DNA of 62,981 nt, counting the filler, from Thraustochytrium aureum (taxonomy: Eukaryota), in NCBI GenBank assembly GCA_012862495.1. It is 8 parts of 3 records of this genome, joined end to end, with 100 filler letters (N's around TTAATTAATTAA, not from the genome) between each part and the next. Parts side by side here need not be neighbours in the genome. Positions count along the whole stretch, not along the records: positions 1 to 12,599 come from BLSG01000456.1; 7 more parts are not named here. One strand, 5' to 3'. A program made the translations under genes and the position numbers. Below are positions 1-12,699 of the stretch, piece by piece. A model generated the notes under the pieces. That model made no database searches. It had not been told where the DNA came from and saw only the letters and a program-made list of their open reading frames with translations. Within the stretch, counting starts at the first letter, position 1. Each line of letters starts with the position of its first letter.

Positions 1-3000
1 ACTTGCAGGCTTTGAGGGCGAGCTCGACGAGCTGCTGCTGCGTCTCTACGTCGCGGGCCTGCGCGAGAGGCTGGCGCAGATCCAGCTTGAGCATGTCGAC
101 CAGCCACTCGAGCCCCCCGCACGCAAGAAAGCGCTCGGTCCACGGCGGGCCCATCGCCTCCGCCCTGCGTCCTTGCCCTTGGGACTGCAGCGGCGGGAAG
201 GGCACCTCAAACGAGGCTCGCCGCGCCTGCTGAAAGTGCTGCTCGAGCTGCGCGGGCTGCGCCGCGGGGCCGGCGCGCTCCAAGATCCGCTTCGACTCGT
301 CCTCCTCCATGAACGAGACCACAATGTGGAGCGCGTAGAGGGTGAGGCGGGCGCAGGTATGCTCTGGCGAGAGCAGGGGCNCGCACCGCCTCTGTGCCCT
401 GCTCGACGCGCTCGATGCGCGCTAGCATCGCCTTTGATGTGGGCAGGCGCATCAGAATCGACCACGCGGACGCCGCAATCAGCTGGCGCTGGCCGGGGTC
501 CCGAATGCACTGCAGCGCCACCTCGGCCGCCGCTCGCGACGTGGACGCCGGCGAGCCTGGCGCTGCAAGCGGCGGGCCCCCGAGCAAGCCGAACAGGAGG
601 TGAAACAGCGCTTCGTCCTCTGCGAGCAGCGCGCGCCACCCCACAGAGGCAAACTCGTCCTCGTCCTCGTCGTGGCTGCTTCGCGACTGGCGGCTTGAGG
701 GGTGTCGAGCTGGGCGTCAAACCAGGACATGCGAAACTCGGACGTGACGCGGCACGACTGGACCCTGTCGCGTTGCAGCTTGCTGTCAAAGCCGTGCTTG
801 GAGAGGTCCTTCCAGACGCTCATCGGGCGCGACCGCGCCGCATCCTGGTAAAAGAGGACAAAGTCCTCCTGCGTGAGGGACTTGCTGGTCTCGTCCACGT
901 CGGTGAGGCTGCTCCACCGCTGAAACACGTTGCCCGTGCGGCGCTCGATGGCGCTCGCGTTGGTCGCGCCTGTGCAAAACATGAAGAGGTTGGTAAAGTT
1001 TTGCTGGCTCATGAGAACTGCCGTCTCGCCAGTGTCGCCGAGGGCGGCCGAGCTGTTGGCCCAATCATCGTAGATGTCTTCGATCGCCGCGCGGGCCAGA
1101 GGGGTGAGCTGGTCGCCCTCCATGTCGAGTAGCCGCACGCGCGGCGTGCGCTCCAGCTCGGCGATCTCGTCAACCAAGGAGAACAGAACCGACTCTTGGC
1201 GGGAAAACCCCAGCTCGCGAAGCGTTTTCGAGTTGTCAGACTGTTCAAGCACCGCCTGGCGCCCGTCCGCGCGGTGCCAGCGCAGGGCGATCCTGCTCGC
1301 TGGCCAGCGCGACTGCTGGAGGCGAAACGAGACCGAGCACCGCACATCCCAGACCGTTGCGTTGCCGTACATCATAAACTGCAGTATCGCCTGCTGGTCG
1401 GCGCCGTCTTGCACGGCCAGGATGGTGTGGATTCCGTTGCGCTGCCGCGCCCCGTGCGAGCGAAACCCTCGCGTGCCCCGTGTGTCTGCCTCGTTCAGGA
1501 GGGCCTCGATAAACCCGAGGCAGCGCAGGATGGACTTTGCGCTGTGCGGGTGGCTGGCGCTCTTGCTCTCTCCCTTTGCCGAAATGGACTTGTTTGTTGC
1601 CCCCGCAGGACGGGGCGGGTCTGCTCTGTCCTCGGCGCACTTGGTCTCTTGCTCCAGGCCTTGCTGCGCGAGCGAGGTGGCCTGGTCGCAGGCCTTGGCG
1701 AGCGCTCCGCGGCACGTGGCGACGTAGTCGCGGCGCGCCTTGAGCACGTTGGGGTGGTCCGGGTCCAGTTCGGCGTCGTACAGGGACTGCAGGGTCTCGA
1801 TGGCCATGCCAGCCACGGCCTCGTCGCACGTGTTGATCGCGGTCGTCCAGAGAAAGAAGACGCCGCGCAGCTGGTTTGGCGGGCACTTTGGCACCACGTA
1901 CCCGAAAAAGGGGGCCGCCCGCGGCAAGGCGAGGGCAAGCTCACCGTTTTCCTCGTCCGCGGGGCGCGCGTCCAGCATGTCCTCGAGGTGGTCCTCGTTG
2001 ATGAGCACGAACAGGGTGCGGAGTAGCAAAAAGCACGGCAGGCGGTACACTTGGCTAGACGTGAGCTCGTTCTCCCGGCGCTCCAGGAAGGGGCGCAGCC
2101 GCTGTTCAAAGAGCGCCGACGCCGTCGCCCCCAGCAACACGCGAGTGCCGGCCATTTCGGCAAGCCAGAGAAAGAAGACGTCGGTCCGCGCGCGGTTGTC
2201 GTCCTCGACAAAGGCGGCAAACACGTCCCAGATCGCCAGCGCGAGCTCGCTCTGGAGGTCCGAGTGCGCCAAAAGCTGCTCGCCGAGCTTGAAGGCGCGG
2301 TCGAGGCGCACAGCCGCGCCGTTGCTCGTCCGCGGGTCGGATTCTGCTCGCTCCAGGGCCTTGCAGAGCGCGACGAGCCAGTGCCTGTGCAGCTGCCACT
2401 GCTGGACGAGCATGTGATTCAGCTCGGGGACTTGGCCCCAGATGGCGGCCAGGACGGCGTGCGCAAACATGTCCGGGCCGCCCTCCAGGTTTGAGACGCA
2501 CAGCTGGACCATGTCGGTGAGAAGAACCTCTTCCAGCGGGCCGTTGACGTGCGCCAGCACCGAGACCGCAAGCGCCTCCACGTCNCCCGGGGGCCCACAA
2601 GAGCGCGACGGCCTTGCTTACCACAACGGCGTCGGCATCCGTGCGCGACGCGATTACGTGCAGCAGGTCGCGGAACCCGACGCGCTCGGCGCGGAGAAAG
2701 CTGGCGGCGTCGGCCTCGACGCAGTCCAGGATCCACAGCAGGTCTTCCTGGTCTGTCAGGGCACCGGCCACGAGCGCGAGCAGCTCGAGCGAGACGCGCC
2801 AGATCGCGCCGAGGTCTTGCCGGCCCAGCACGCCGGCGCGGGCCATGCGGCGCGCCAGTGGCGCGCACCGCTTGGCCACCTCGGGATGCACTGTGGTGGT
2901 GCGTTGGCCGCCCAGCAGATCGACCAGGAGTCCGCTTTGGTCGAGCCAGTCCCCGTCAACCTCGAGCTCGACCAGAAAGTCGATACCCTGCAGCTTGCGC

Positions 3001-3730
3001 TGCAGGATGGGGCTCTTGATGAAGACCAGCGCGGCGCACTGGATCACTCGACGCCGGGCCTCGACGCTGCGCAGCACCTGCACCAGGTCTTCCAGCTGGC
3101 CTGCCTCCAGCGAGCGCAGCGCCACAAGGGGCAGCCCTGCGAGGTACTGGATCAGGTTTTGCTCGAGCAGCTCGTCCGCGTGCTGGTCGTCGAGCGCGAG
3201 AGCGTGCACACCTCGCAGGAGCGTGAGCGAGATCCACACGTCGCCCGTCGGTTGCTCGGCCTCCAGATGGTGCAGCTCTAGCAGCTGCTCGGCGGTGACG
3301 TGGGTCCCGCTCACCGCCTTGCGGACCACCTTGTCTTGGACCATGTCGACCATGGCCCCGAGGAGGCCGCCGTGCCGCGATTGCGTCAAGTGCCCGCGCT
3401 CCACGCCCACGATAAACGCGAGCGCAACGCGAAACGCCTCCACGAGCAGCACCGTGGAGACTTGCGTGTCTTGGTCGACCTCCTCGGGGTCGCCGAGCCC
3501 CTGCTCGGCGGCCTCGAGCCGTTTTCTACGCCGCGTCTGCAAAACATTTCGGCATGCCCTCGGCAGATCACTCAGCAGCGCGTGCGTGCTTGGCGGGGGC
3601 AGCAGCGAGCTCAGGATGCCGGTGTCGAGCTCCATCCTCAGCAACCGCCGCCGAACCCGCGAGGGGATCGGATCAGCAAAAGCTCGCCAGGCCGCGACCT
3701 GCAGGCTGGCCCGACCTGCCTCTGAGGCGC
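1..3730 (-). CDS. Large ARM-like protein resembling the N-terminal region of USP9X/USP24/USP34-type ubiquitin hydrolases; partial at both ends, frameshifted
   Basis: Consecutive minus-strand ORFs 2106..3644, 479..2581 and 207..644 join at single-N or 1-nt shifts (~2585, ~650, ~381). Leu-rich helical sequence with IKSPILQRKLQGI, a ubiquitin-like segment (MYGNATVWDVRC...DNSKTLRELGF) and an EF-hand-like segment (LTQEDFVLFYQDAARSRPMSVWKDL). The catalytic domain is not in the window. Confidence 0.55.
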
Positions 3731-4081
3731 NNNNNNNNNNNNNNNNNNNNNNNNNNNNNNNNNNNNNNNNNNNNNNNNNNNNNNNNNNNNNNNNNNNNNN
3801 NNNNNNNNNNNNNNNNNNNNNNNNNNNNNNNNNNNNNNNNNNNNNNNNNNNNNNNNNNNNNNNNNNNNNNNNNNNNNNNNNNNNNNNNNNNNNNNNNNNN
3901 NNNNNNNNNNNNNNNNNNNNNNNNNNNNNNNNNNNNNNNNNNNNNNNNNNNNNNNNNNNNNNNNNNNNNNNNNNNNNNNNNNNNNNNNNNNNNNNNNNNN
4001 NNNNNNNNNNNNNNNNNNNNCAATGTGAGCCTGTTGTCGTCGTCGTTGTTGCTGTCGTCGTGCGACGTTGACAGACAGGGT

Positions 4082-5025
4082 TTAGCCGTGCAGCTTGGCG
4101 GTTCGGCGGAAGAGAGAGTCGACGACGTTGCTCATCTCGTCGACCACGTTGAGCGAGGCCTCGTAGGTCGAGTCTGCCTCCGGGTCGTCAAAGACGACCA
4201 GCTCGCCAGTGCCCTGGTCGAGGATGCCAAGGAATTTCTGGTCCAAAATCATCTGCGAGAGCTTGGCCTCCACCGTCGGCACCGGCATGTCGATTAGCTT
4301 GGCGACGTGCGCGATCTCAACGCGCGAGAACGGCTCGATGATGCGCACGAGGTTTTGCTCGAGCATCGTGTTGTGCAGCGCCTTGAGCTGCGTCTGCACG
4401 AGACGGTCGCCCACGACCTGCTCCTTGTACTGCTCGAGCACGGCGTCGAAGGATTTCAGCGAGCGGTCCTTGTAGGCCTTGGCGATGGCCCGCATCGAGT
4501 CAATCTCTGGGCCAGAGAATGTCATCGCGTTCTTGGTGTTGAGGATCCCTGGCACGTCGTCGCCCAGGTTGTTCATGATCTTGCAGAGCAGCATGTACTT
4601 GAGGCAGGCTTGCGCGCGCGGCTCGCCGAGCGTGACAAAGGCCTCGAAGGCCTCGAAAAAGTACGAGTAGCCCGTGCGAAAGTCGCCGTCGCTGGCGTTG
4701 AGGATGCCGTTCTGCATGTCGATTTCGCCCTGCAGCAGGGGGCCAACGTAGATAGAGTTCGACACGGACCGCGCCGCCGTCAGCGACGACTTTGACTTTG
4801 GCGTGTTGAGCAGCGCATGGTGCACGCGCGACTCGAGCAGGAAGATCTCCACAAGCAGCTGCTTGTCGTCCATCTTTTTCACCTCGGCCTGCAAGTCGGC
4901 CAGCAAGCTCAGGGCGTCCTGATACCGCCCTGTCCGCAGGTAAAGGTTGGCCAGCCTCGTCTGGATCCGCTGCCGCAGGAACGCGCGCTTCTCCCGGATC
5001 GCCCACTCGATGTACTCGTTGCAGA
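4082..5025 (-). CDS. PSMD11: 26S proteasome lid subunit RPN6/PSMD11 (5' part lost in gap)
   Basis: EKRAFLRQRIQTRL, KKMDDKQLLVEIFLLES, YSYFFEAFE, LKYMLLCKIM, and PCI domain LEQNLVRIIEPFSRVEI...VEAKLSQMILD..GILDQG. Confidence 0.96.
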
Positions 5026-6456
5026 NNNNNNNNNNNNNNNNNNNNNNNNNNNNNNNNNNNNNNNNNNNNNNNNNNNNNNNNNNNNNNNNNNNNNNNNNNN
5101 NNNNNNNNNNNNNNNNNNNNNNNNNNNNNNNNNNNNNNNNNNNNNNNNNNNNNNNNNNNNNNNNNNNNNNNNNNNNNNNNNNNNNNNNNNNNNNNNNNNN
5201 NNNNNNNNNNNNNNNNNNNNNNNNNNNNNNNNNNNNNNNNNNNNNNNNNNNNNNNNNNNNNNNNNNNNNNNNNNNNNNNNNNNNNNNNNNNNNNNNNNNN
5301 NNNNNNNNNNNNNNNNNNNNNNNNNNNNNNNNNNNNNNNNNNNNNNNNNNNNNNNNNNNNNNNNNNNNNNNNNNNNNNNNNNNNNNNNNNNNNNNNNNNN
5401 NNNNNNNNNNNNNNNNNNNNNNNNNNNNNNNNNNNNNNNNNNNNNNNNNNNNNNNNNNNNNNNNNNNNNNNNNNNNNNNNNNNNNNNNNNNNNNNNNNNN
5501 NNNNNNNNNNNNNNNNNNNNNNNNNNNNNNNNNNNNNNNNNNNNNNNNNNNNNNNNNNNNNNNNNNNNNNNNNNNNNNNNNNNNNNNNNNNNNNNNNNNN
5601 NNNNNNNNNNNNNNNNNNNNNNNNNNNNNNNNNNNNNNNNNNNNNNNNNNNNNNNNNNNNNNNNNNNNNNNNNNNNNNNNNNNNNNNNNNNNNNNNNNNN
5701 NNNNNNNNNNNNNNNNNNNNNNNNNNNNNNNNNNNNNNNNNNNNNNNNNNNNNNNNNNNNNNNNNNNNNNNNNNNNNNNNNNNNNNNNNNNNNNNNNNNN
5801 NNNNNNNNNNNNNNNNNNNNNNNNNNNNNNNNNNNNNNNNNNNNNNNNNNNNNNNNNNNNNNNNNNNNNNNNNNNNNNNNNNNNNNNNNNNNNNNNNNNN
5901 NNNNNNNNNNNNNNNNNNNNNNNNNNNNNNNNNNNNNNNNNNNNNNNNNNNNNNNNNNNNNNNNNNNNGGACGAAACATCAGAAACAGGACGTCTTTGCG
6001 CACACGACGGAAGCTGCGCGCTGAAGAGCAACCAGACGACCAGCCCCGTGGGAAATGGACTGGCGAACGACCTGACGAATGATGCGCTTACGACACAAAC
6101 ACTTTATTTATTTATACTATCTGACCGAGATCGGTTGCCATGGTGACCGCTCGCTGAGCCGGTCCCTGGCTGCGGTTGCGCTTTGGGGTCTAGCTCGGAG
6201 GTCGGATGAGATGCTGGCCTTGCCCTCTTTTGCCTGGCGGTATCGGAACGCAACACAAGTCTGCATGCGAGCTGGTCAGTGGCGTCGACGGGGCGCGCGC
6301 TCGCAAGGTGCATACGCCCGCGTAATTCCGGGGGCCGCAGAGCAAGCAGCAGAAGTCGATCCACCCGCTACAAGCTGATTCAACGCTCCTGTCTCAAGCT
6401 AGCTAGAGCTAGAGGGAGCGAGTGGCAACAGTTTCTATAGGCGTTGTGGATACTAG

Positions 6457-7367
6457 CTAGAGCTTGGACGGCGCCTCCGAGCGCTCAACGAGCACGGTCC
6501 GCAAGCGGCGGTCAAAGTTCGGCCGCGACGACTCGGCCGCGATCGGAGCCCCGCTGTCGCGCTCGCGCACCGCCGTCATGAATCCAGCCTCTTCGGAACG
6601 GCGCTTGAACCAAACACCCTCCGGCGAGGGCGCGCAATGCCGTCAAATATCGTGCTGAGGACCTGCGCTTGCCGCAATCCCTGGGTCTCGACCGCGTTGT
6701 TGACAACGAGCTTGGACATCAGAAGCTGGTTCTTCGGCACCGCCGCGATACGCAACGCGAGCGCGTCGACCGTGGCCTCCAGCTCGCTGGCTGGCACCGC
6801 CTGCGAGACGAGCCCGATGCGCTCCGCCTCGCGGCCGCTTATCAGCTCGCCGGTGAACAGCATGCGCTTGGCGCGCTCCGCGCCAACGCGAAAGACCCAG
6901 TGCGCCGTCGTCGGGATGCCCCACACGCGCGCCGGCGGGTACCCGATCTTGGCGTCTTCCGCCATGACGACGATGTCGCAGCAGAGCGCAATGTCGCTCC
7001 CGCCCGCAACCGCGTGGCCCTGCACCTTTGCGATCGTCGGCTTGGGCCCGTTCCAGAGCGTCATAAAGTCCTCCGTATTGCCCATCATCATGCGATAGTC
7101 CACCAGCGGGTCCCAAACCCCCTCCTGCGTCCCGGAGTGCGCGCCGCGCGCCTGGGCATAGTCTTGCAGGTCGTACCCAGCGCAGAACGACCTGCCTTCG
7201 CCACCCAGCACGATCGCGTGGACGCGGTCGTCCCTATTGGCCTCCTCCACGCAAAGCCTGATCTCCTGCGGCAGCCTGCGGTCGATCGCGTTCAGCCGCT
7301 GCGGCCTGTTCAACGTCACATAGGCCACGCGCCCTTTCACCTCGTACTTGACGCTCTTCAACGCCAT
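6457..7367 (-). CDS. Enoyl-CoA hydratase/crotonase family protein with C-terminal PTS1 (SKL); 1-nt frameshift near 6628
   Basis: VTLNRPQRLNAI, GEGRSFCAGYDL, KPTIAKVQGHAVAGGSDIALCCD. Restoring one base at IAR(H)SPEG gives the continuation GVWFKRRSEEAGFMTAVRERD...EAPSKL* with the stop at 6457-6459. Confidence 0.9.
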
Positions 7368-8093
7368 CGCGCAGGCACGCACCAACCGATCAGGGCAGCA
7401 GCCAGNNNNNNNNNNNNNNNNNNNNNNNNNNNNNNNNNNNNNNNNNNNNNNNNNNNNNNNNNNNNNNNNNNNNNNNNNNNNNNNNNNNNNNNNNNNNNNN
7501 NNNNNNNNNNNNNNNNNNNNNNNNNNNNNNNNNNNNNNNNNNNNNNNNNNNNNNNNNTGCTGCGCATCCCAGATCAATGTTGGATGATCGGAAAGATGCG
7601 TCAACCTAACCCCACCAACGTGCCCTAACCCGCGGCCTGGGGATGGCGAGATGGTAGGTAGTACGAAATCTTTGCTTTCGCACTTTCACTGTCTTTCAGG
7701 CAAAAAAAGCCTTGGAGGACACCGTCGATGAGTACCGCTGGCATTTGCCTCGGCGGGGCCTCTGCAGTCTGCGACAGCAGTTCACAGCTGCGGGATCGAA
7801 TGCCTATCTGCCCACCTGAAGCTGATTCCGAACTGCCTCCCGAGTGTACGTTCAAGTTCTGCTCTCGCGCTGTGGTCGGGTAGGCCTACTTGCCCGGTCG
7901 TAGAGCCCCTTTGTCTTGCCAAATGGACGAGTTCGTCGTCGGTAGCTGGAATCGAGGCTCTTTTTACGATAGTTTTGACTCCTTTTCTTTGCCGTGGTTC
8001 TGCAGAGTACGCTACCCAGTACTCTGCTCTACTTCTATACTCTGTGGACTCATGAGTCAGACGCTTGCTGCGCTTTTATCTTTACAGGTGACG

Positions 8094-11000
8094 TTATCTA
8101 CTGGAGCTAGGCCTACTAGTAGAGGCTCCCGACATTCTAGACTCCCGACGTTTAGTGCGGCAGATTTTGAGTGCTCGCTTAACGACTTTCAGAGCGGCAG
8201 GGAAATGCCCATCGTCACGGTCGAGAGGCACTTTGAGCGCCTCCAGGGCCTTGATCGGGTTGTTGAGGTCCTCGCCATCCTCATGAATAAACTTGATCTG
8301 CTCCTGGAGCAGACTGGCAACCTCGGCCTTCATTGTGTGCACTCTGAGCACTGACGACACTTCAGACTTGTCCCATGCTCTGGAAGCTGACGAGTCCTTT
8401 CTTGCCTCGCATTCCGCGTCCACGGTGGCTTGTACTTCTTTAATCTTGCGAACGATCTTCACGACTCTGCGAGACGGAACGAGCTTGTCCTTTTTCGTGA
8501 GGGAGAAGATCGTCGGGTATTCTGCTCGACATGCTTGCACAGCGGCTTGGTCCGTACAAATCTCAAGCAGGCGGTCGGGGATACTTTTTCGTCGTCCAGA
8601 TATTGTGGCTTCCATCGTCAAGACCTCTTTGAGCCTGATAATCTCCTCAGTGACCAAAAGCGCTCTCTTGAGTTGCTTGAGACCCTTTCGGCCAACCCAG
8701 ACGCGAGGCGGGCCGTTGAGGCCTTCTTTCACGCAGCCCGACACGCGCAGTGACTGCATGAGGGAGCTGAAGTCCATACTGCTGCGAGGAAGGACTTGGT
8801 CGGTCAGCTGAATGTCGTGGTCACTGTCCTTGTTGACAACTCCTCGGCCGTCCGTTGCCGCGGTGGATCCTGTGAAGCCGAGCGCAAATGAACCCTGCTC
8901 CAGCGCCAAGTCCCGCACCTTTTTAACAACGTCAAACCCGAGTGTAAGCTGAGGTGTGGCAGGTGGCTGGCCACGAACTGCGTTTTCAGCGCGTCGAAAC
9001 TGTACGGCGTACATTCCCATGGTGGCTGCTGGGATCTCGTCAGAGGTTTGCGCCATCTTGCGCAGCTCACCTTCGATGTCAAAGCCAAGCATTGCTGCAA
9101 ACTTTTCGAGTTTGAAGTAGCCTATCTCGGCCATCACATTGCCTGACGTGGCGATTTGGGCCACTGCTTCTTGCAGCGCGCGTTTGTGCTGCGTGAAAAA
9201 GGCACCGTTGATCCATACACGAAGTGGCGCTTGCGGCAGGCAGCTGGACCTTCTGTCAGCCTCGTTTTTGGGGATGCTTCTGACCGCACCAGATACTGGG
9301 GTGCTCTCAACGACGCCTGTTGTGTAGAGTTGTCCGTGAAATTCAATTCCGAAAACCCCAGCGGCACTTTTCGTGTTGTCCCTGGACGCAGACAGATGCC
9401 ACGCGGCACTAATGGTGAGCTGCAGGAGAGTCTTTTGGATGTTCCCGATTCGCGACTCAAAAAGGAGGCAGTTCCTGTACCCCTTCATAACTGCGTTCAC
9501 GTCACGTAGCATATCTGGAAGGACGACCTCAGCGATGCTGCGTGAGGCTGGCTTCAGCATCGTGATTTGTGGGACAATTTGCCTGCTTGAACCATCTGCC
9601 TCCATGCCGGTACCAACCAGATCGAGTCTGCGCACAGCGAGTCCGCCGGGCAGGGCTCTGGGCTCGTCCTCAGAAAAGTCCACGTTGCTGATGCCGTAGT
9701 AGTTGTACGGCGTGCGGTCTTGCTTGAGAATGTTGAAAGGGTCGTCGCTGACTAGCGTGCCGATCGGCGTCGCCGTTACACTTGCCACGAATTGGACACT
9801 CTCACGAAAGGCAACTTCCACCTCTTTGGGCTGATCCCGCGACCTTCCTCGCAATTCAGAACTACCCTTTTGCACACTTGCGCTTGTGGCCCTTTCGTCG
9901 TCGTCATGGTCTTCGGCTGACTCCGTATCGGCTTCTGTGACATCTTCCATGTCAGGCTCGGAGTCACTGTCCTCCGAGTCCTCTTCTTCGCCAAGGTCCT
10001 CCTTCAGTTTCATCATTGCGGTCTGGAATCGTGAGAATTTCACATACTGAGTAGAATCGTCCGTCGAATTGGACCTGCGATTGACGTCGTCGCCAACCTG
10101 CTTGTCATCCTCATCAAAAATGAGCATCGCTGGCGCGTGAACCTGACGCTCCGAGCAAGCGCCGGGTCTGTCCCTCTTCAGATCGCGCAAGAACTCTGGT
10201 TTCGTCAGCCCTTTGATGTACTCATCCTCGGCCGCCACGTCACCAACGTTCAGCAGCATCTTTCCATTGGCTAGGTTTGCCAGGAGAATCGGTACGTGCA
10301 AGCCGGCCTCGCCGCTCCGCGGATCGCGACGAAGCGCCTGGCGGCCATACCCTGCTGAGATCCGAAAGATCGTTCTGTTCCACTCCTCGAATCTTGTCTC
10401 CACGGGCAGGTTGAGGAAATCTTTGATGCGAGTCTTGCGGTACCGCTTCAGGAGAGCCCCAATTCCAAGGACGTGGTACTCCTCTTGCTTTGGGTTCATG
10501 AACTTNNNNNNNNNNNNNNNNNNNNNNNNNNNNNNNNNNNNNNNNNNNNNNNNNNNNNNNNNNNNNNNNNNNNNNNNNNNNNNNNNNNNNNNNNNNNNNN
10601 NNNNNNNNNNNNNNNNNNNNNNNNNNNNNNNNNNNNNNNNNNNNNNNNNNNNNNNNNNNNNNNNNNNNNNNNNNNNNNNNNNNNNNNNNNNNNNNNNNNN
10701 NNNNNNNNNNNNNNNNNNNNNNNNNNNNNNNNNNNNNNNNNNNNNNNNNNNNNNNNNNNNNNNNNNNNNNNNNNNNNNNNNNNNNNNNNNNNNNNNNNNN
10801 NNNNNNNNNNNNNNNNNNNNNNNNNNNNNNNNNNNNNNNNNNNNNNNNNNNNNNNNNNNNNNNNNNNNNNNNNNNNNNNNNNNNNNNNNNNNNNNNNNNN
10901 NNNNNNNNNNNNNNNNNNNNNNNNNNNNNNNNNNNNNNNNNNNNNNNNNNNNNNNNNNNNNNNNNNNNNNNNNNNNNNNNNNNNNNNNNNNNNNNNGGGT

Positions 11001-11449
11001 TTGATGCCCGGCACCAGCTCGTACCTGGCTAGAATCGTTGGGCCATCCTGATTTCCCCTCGAACCTCGCAGCTTGTTTGGTTCTCCGAAAATGTCCAACT
11101 CCATGTGCTCCCATGCGGCTCTGTACGCTTCTATCCTGTCCCTCCCGAACCGCGCGATTGCTTCCTGCAGTGAGTTCGAGCTGAGGTAAGCTGCAATACC
11201 TCCAACGATTGCGTCGCTCAGCACCACAGGGGCTTTCATTCCAGACGCCCTGGGTGAAGTTGACGCTTGCAAGTTCCCATGCACTGCGCTTTTGTCCTCG
11301 TTGCCAGCTTTCACCTTCTTCGCCTTGCATCCCTCCAAATCTGCCTGAGGCACTTTCCTCTTGCCTCCCTTCGAGCCCCCTCGCTTTGCGCCCCCGTCCG
11401 AGTTGGCGTGATGCTTGTTGTCCCAAGAGTTGTTCTTCTGTGGCGCCAT
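8094..11449 (-). CDS. Z1-type SF2 helicase-like protein, paralogue 1 (internal gap 10506-10997)
   Basis: N-terminal ORF from ATG 11449 (MAPQK...TILARYELVPG) matches the N-terminal block of copies 3 and 4. After the gap: MLIFDEDDKQ, ASVTATPIG, TDGRGVVNKD, IQLTDQVLP, SLMQSLRVSG. Clearly homologous to 12706..15126 and 20358..22946. Confidence 0.8.
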
Positions 11450-12643
11450 GTTGTTGATCGAGAGCTCGTCCTGTACCCAGTCGTTGGCTGTGCGAGCAAA
11501 TCCTCGGTTTAGCTTGAGCGCAGCGGGGGTGCAGAAGTGATTCGCGTGGTCTACGTGTCGTCGTTTCGCTGCGTCTATGCCTGGGTTACTTGCCTTGCTT
11601 GCTTGTCCTCGCTACGGTCCGCCAACCAAGTTGGAGGATTGGTTACTCATAGTCTGCCAATGAAATTGCATCCGATACCTGCGCTCAACATGAGACGACT
11701 GCTTGAGGTCTATTTAATCGGCGCGGGCAGACATGGTGATGCTAATGTGGTTGGTGGTCACGCCGCGGCGGGACGCAAAAAGCTGTGCGTTGAGACGACG
11801 CACCACTACGAAGACAGTCAATTCACTCTGGCGAGATTGGATTCCAAGCTCCGCTCACTGAATTGGGAGACTCAGACCTTTTAAGCTCAACATCTACGCG
11901 TTTCGCGGCGCTGAGCGAACTTGGCGCAACGAATGCGTCTCGCTCCATCCACCATCCGCGGCGCTTTGTTATTGATTTTAACGGAAGTCTTCGGGTCCGA
12001 AACGCGGTGTTCGAGCCTGGATAGAGTCGGCGCAGCGGGCGTTGGGTCATGGCGCGGCGGCGATCGCGCTTGCTCGGGTGTCGTTTGCGGGCTGATAATT
12101 GAGCGCGGAGCGGCGGAGCGTCTAGAGCGGTGCGCAATGGCTGGCGCGAGATCGATATCTTGCCCGCGCTTTGCACTGCATTTCACGGCCAACCACCAAC
12201 CCTCTCGTTGGGTGCATCCTCGAGTACATGCAGTTGAGATAATCGTGCACTGCTTTCTGATGAAAGGAAGGACGCGTGTCACACTTTTAATAAAAAAGTC
12301 CGTTGAACTTTGTGAGAATGTTGAGCTGGGGCGCGGAAAAGCATACTCGCTTCTTGCTCGCTTCTCTGCACGTCGCGGATTGGCCCAAGTGCACACTGGC
12401 AAGCAGGGTCGCAACAGATATGCTACAGAGAGCGGTTGAAGGTCTGAGCACCGGAGTGCGGAGCACCGGAGCGTGGTCAATTTGGGCATAAAAGCTGGAT
12501 TGGTCGGCTGTCTCCGCGGCGCATGTTCATGCAACAGCTCTGATTGTGATGAACCCGGCTTCGACACTGGCTTGAAGTCTCGCTTCGCATGTCATTCCGN
12601 NNNNNNNNNNNNNNNNNNNNNNNNNNNNNNNNNNNNNNNNNNN

Positions 12644-12655
12644 TTAATTAATTAA
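12644..12655. other. Artificial scaffold-joining linker TTAATTAATTAA in N padding; also at 31909, 38984, 45227, 50369, 51890 and 57625
   Basis: Identical 12-mer with stops in all six frames, flanked by ~44 N on each side, seven times in the window. Confidence 0.97.
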
Positions 12656-12699
12656 NNNNNNNNNNNNNNNNNNNNNNNNNNNNNNNNNNNNNNNNNNNN

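Noticed and set aside
11450..12599. Possible N-terminus of helicase copy 2, or a partner gene upstream of copy 1
   Set aside because: Only short ORFs are present and none matches the family's N-terminal block; a linker separates this region from copy 2.
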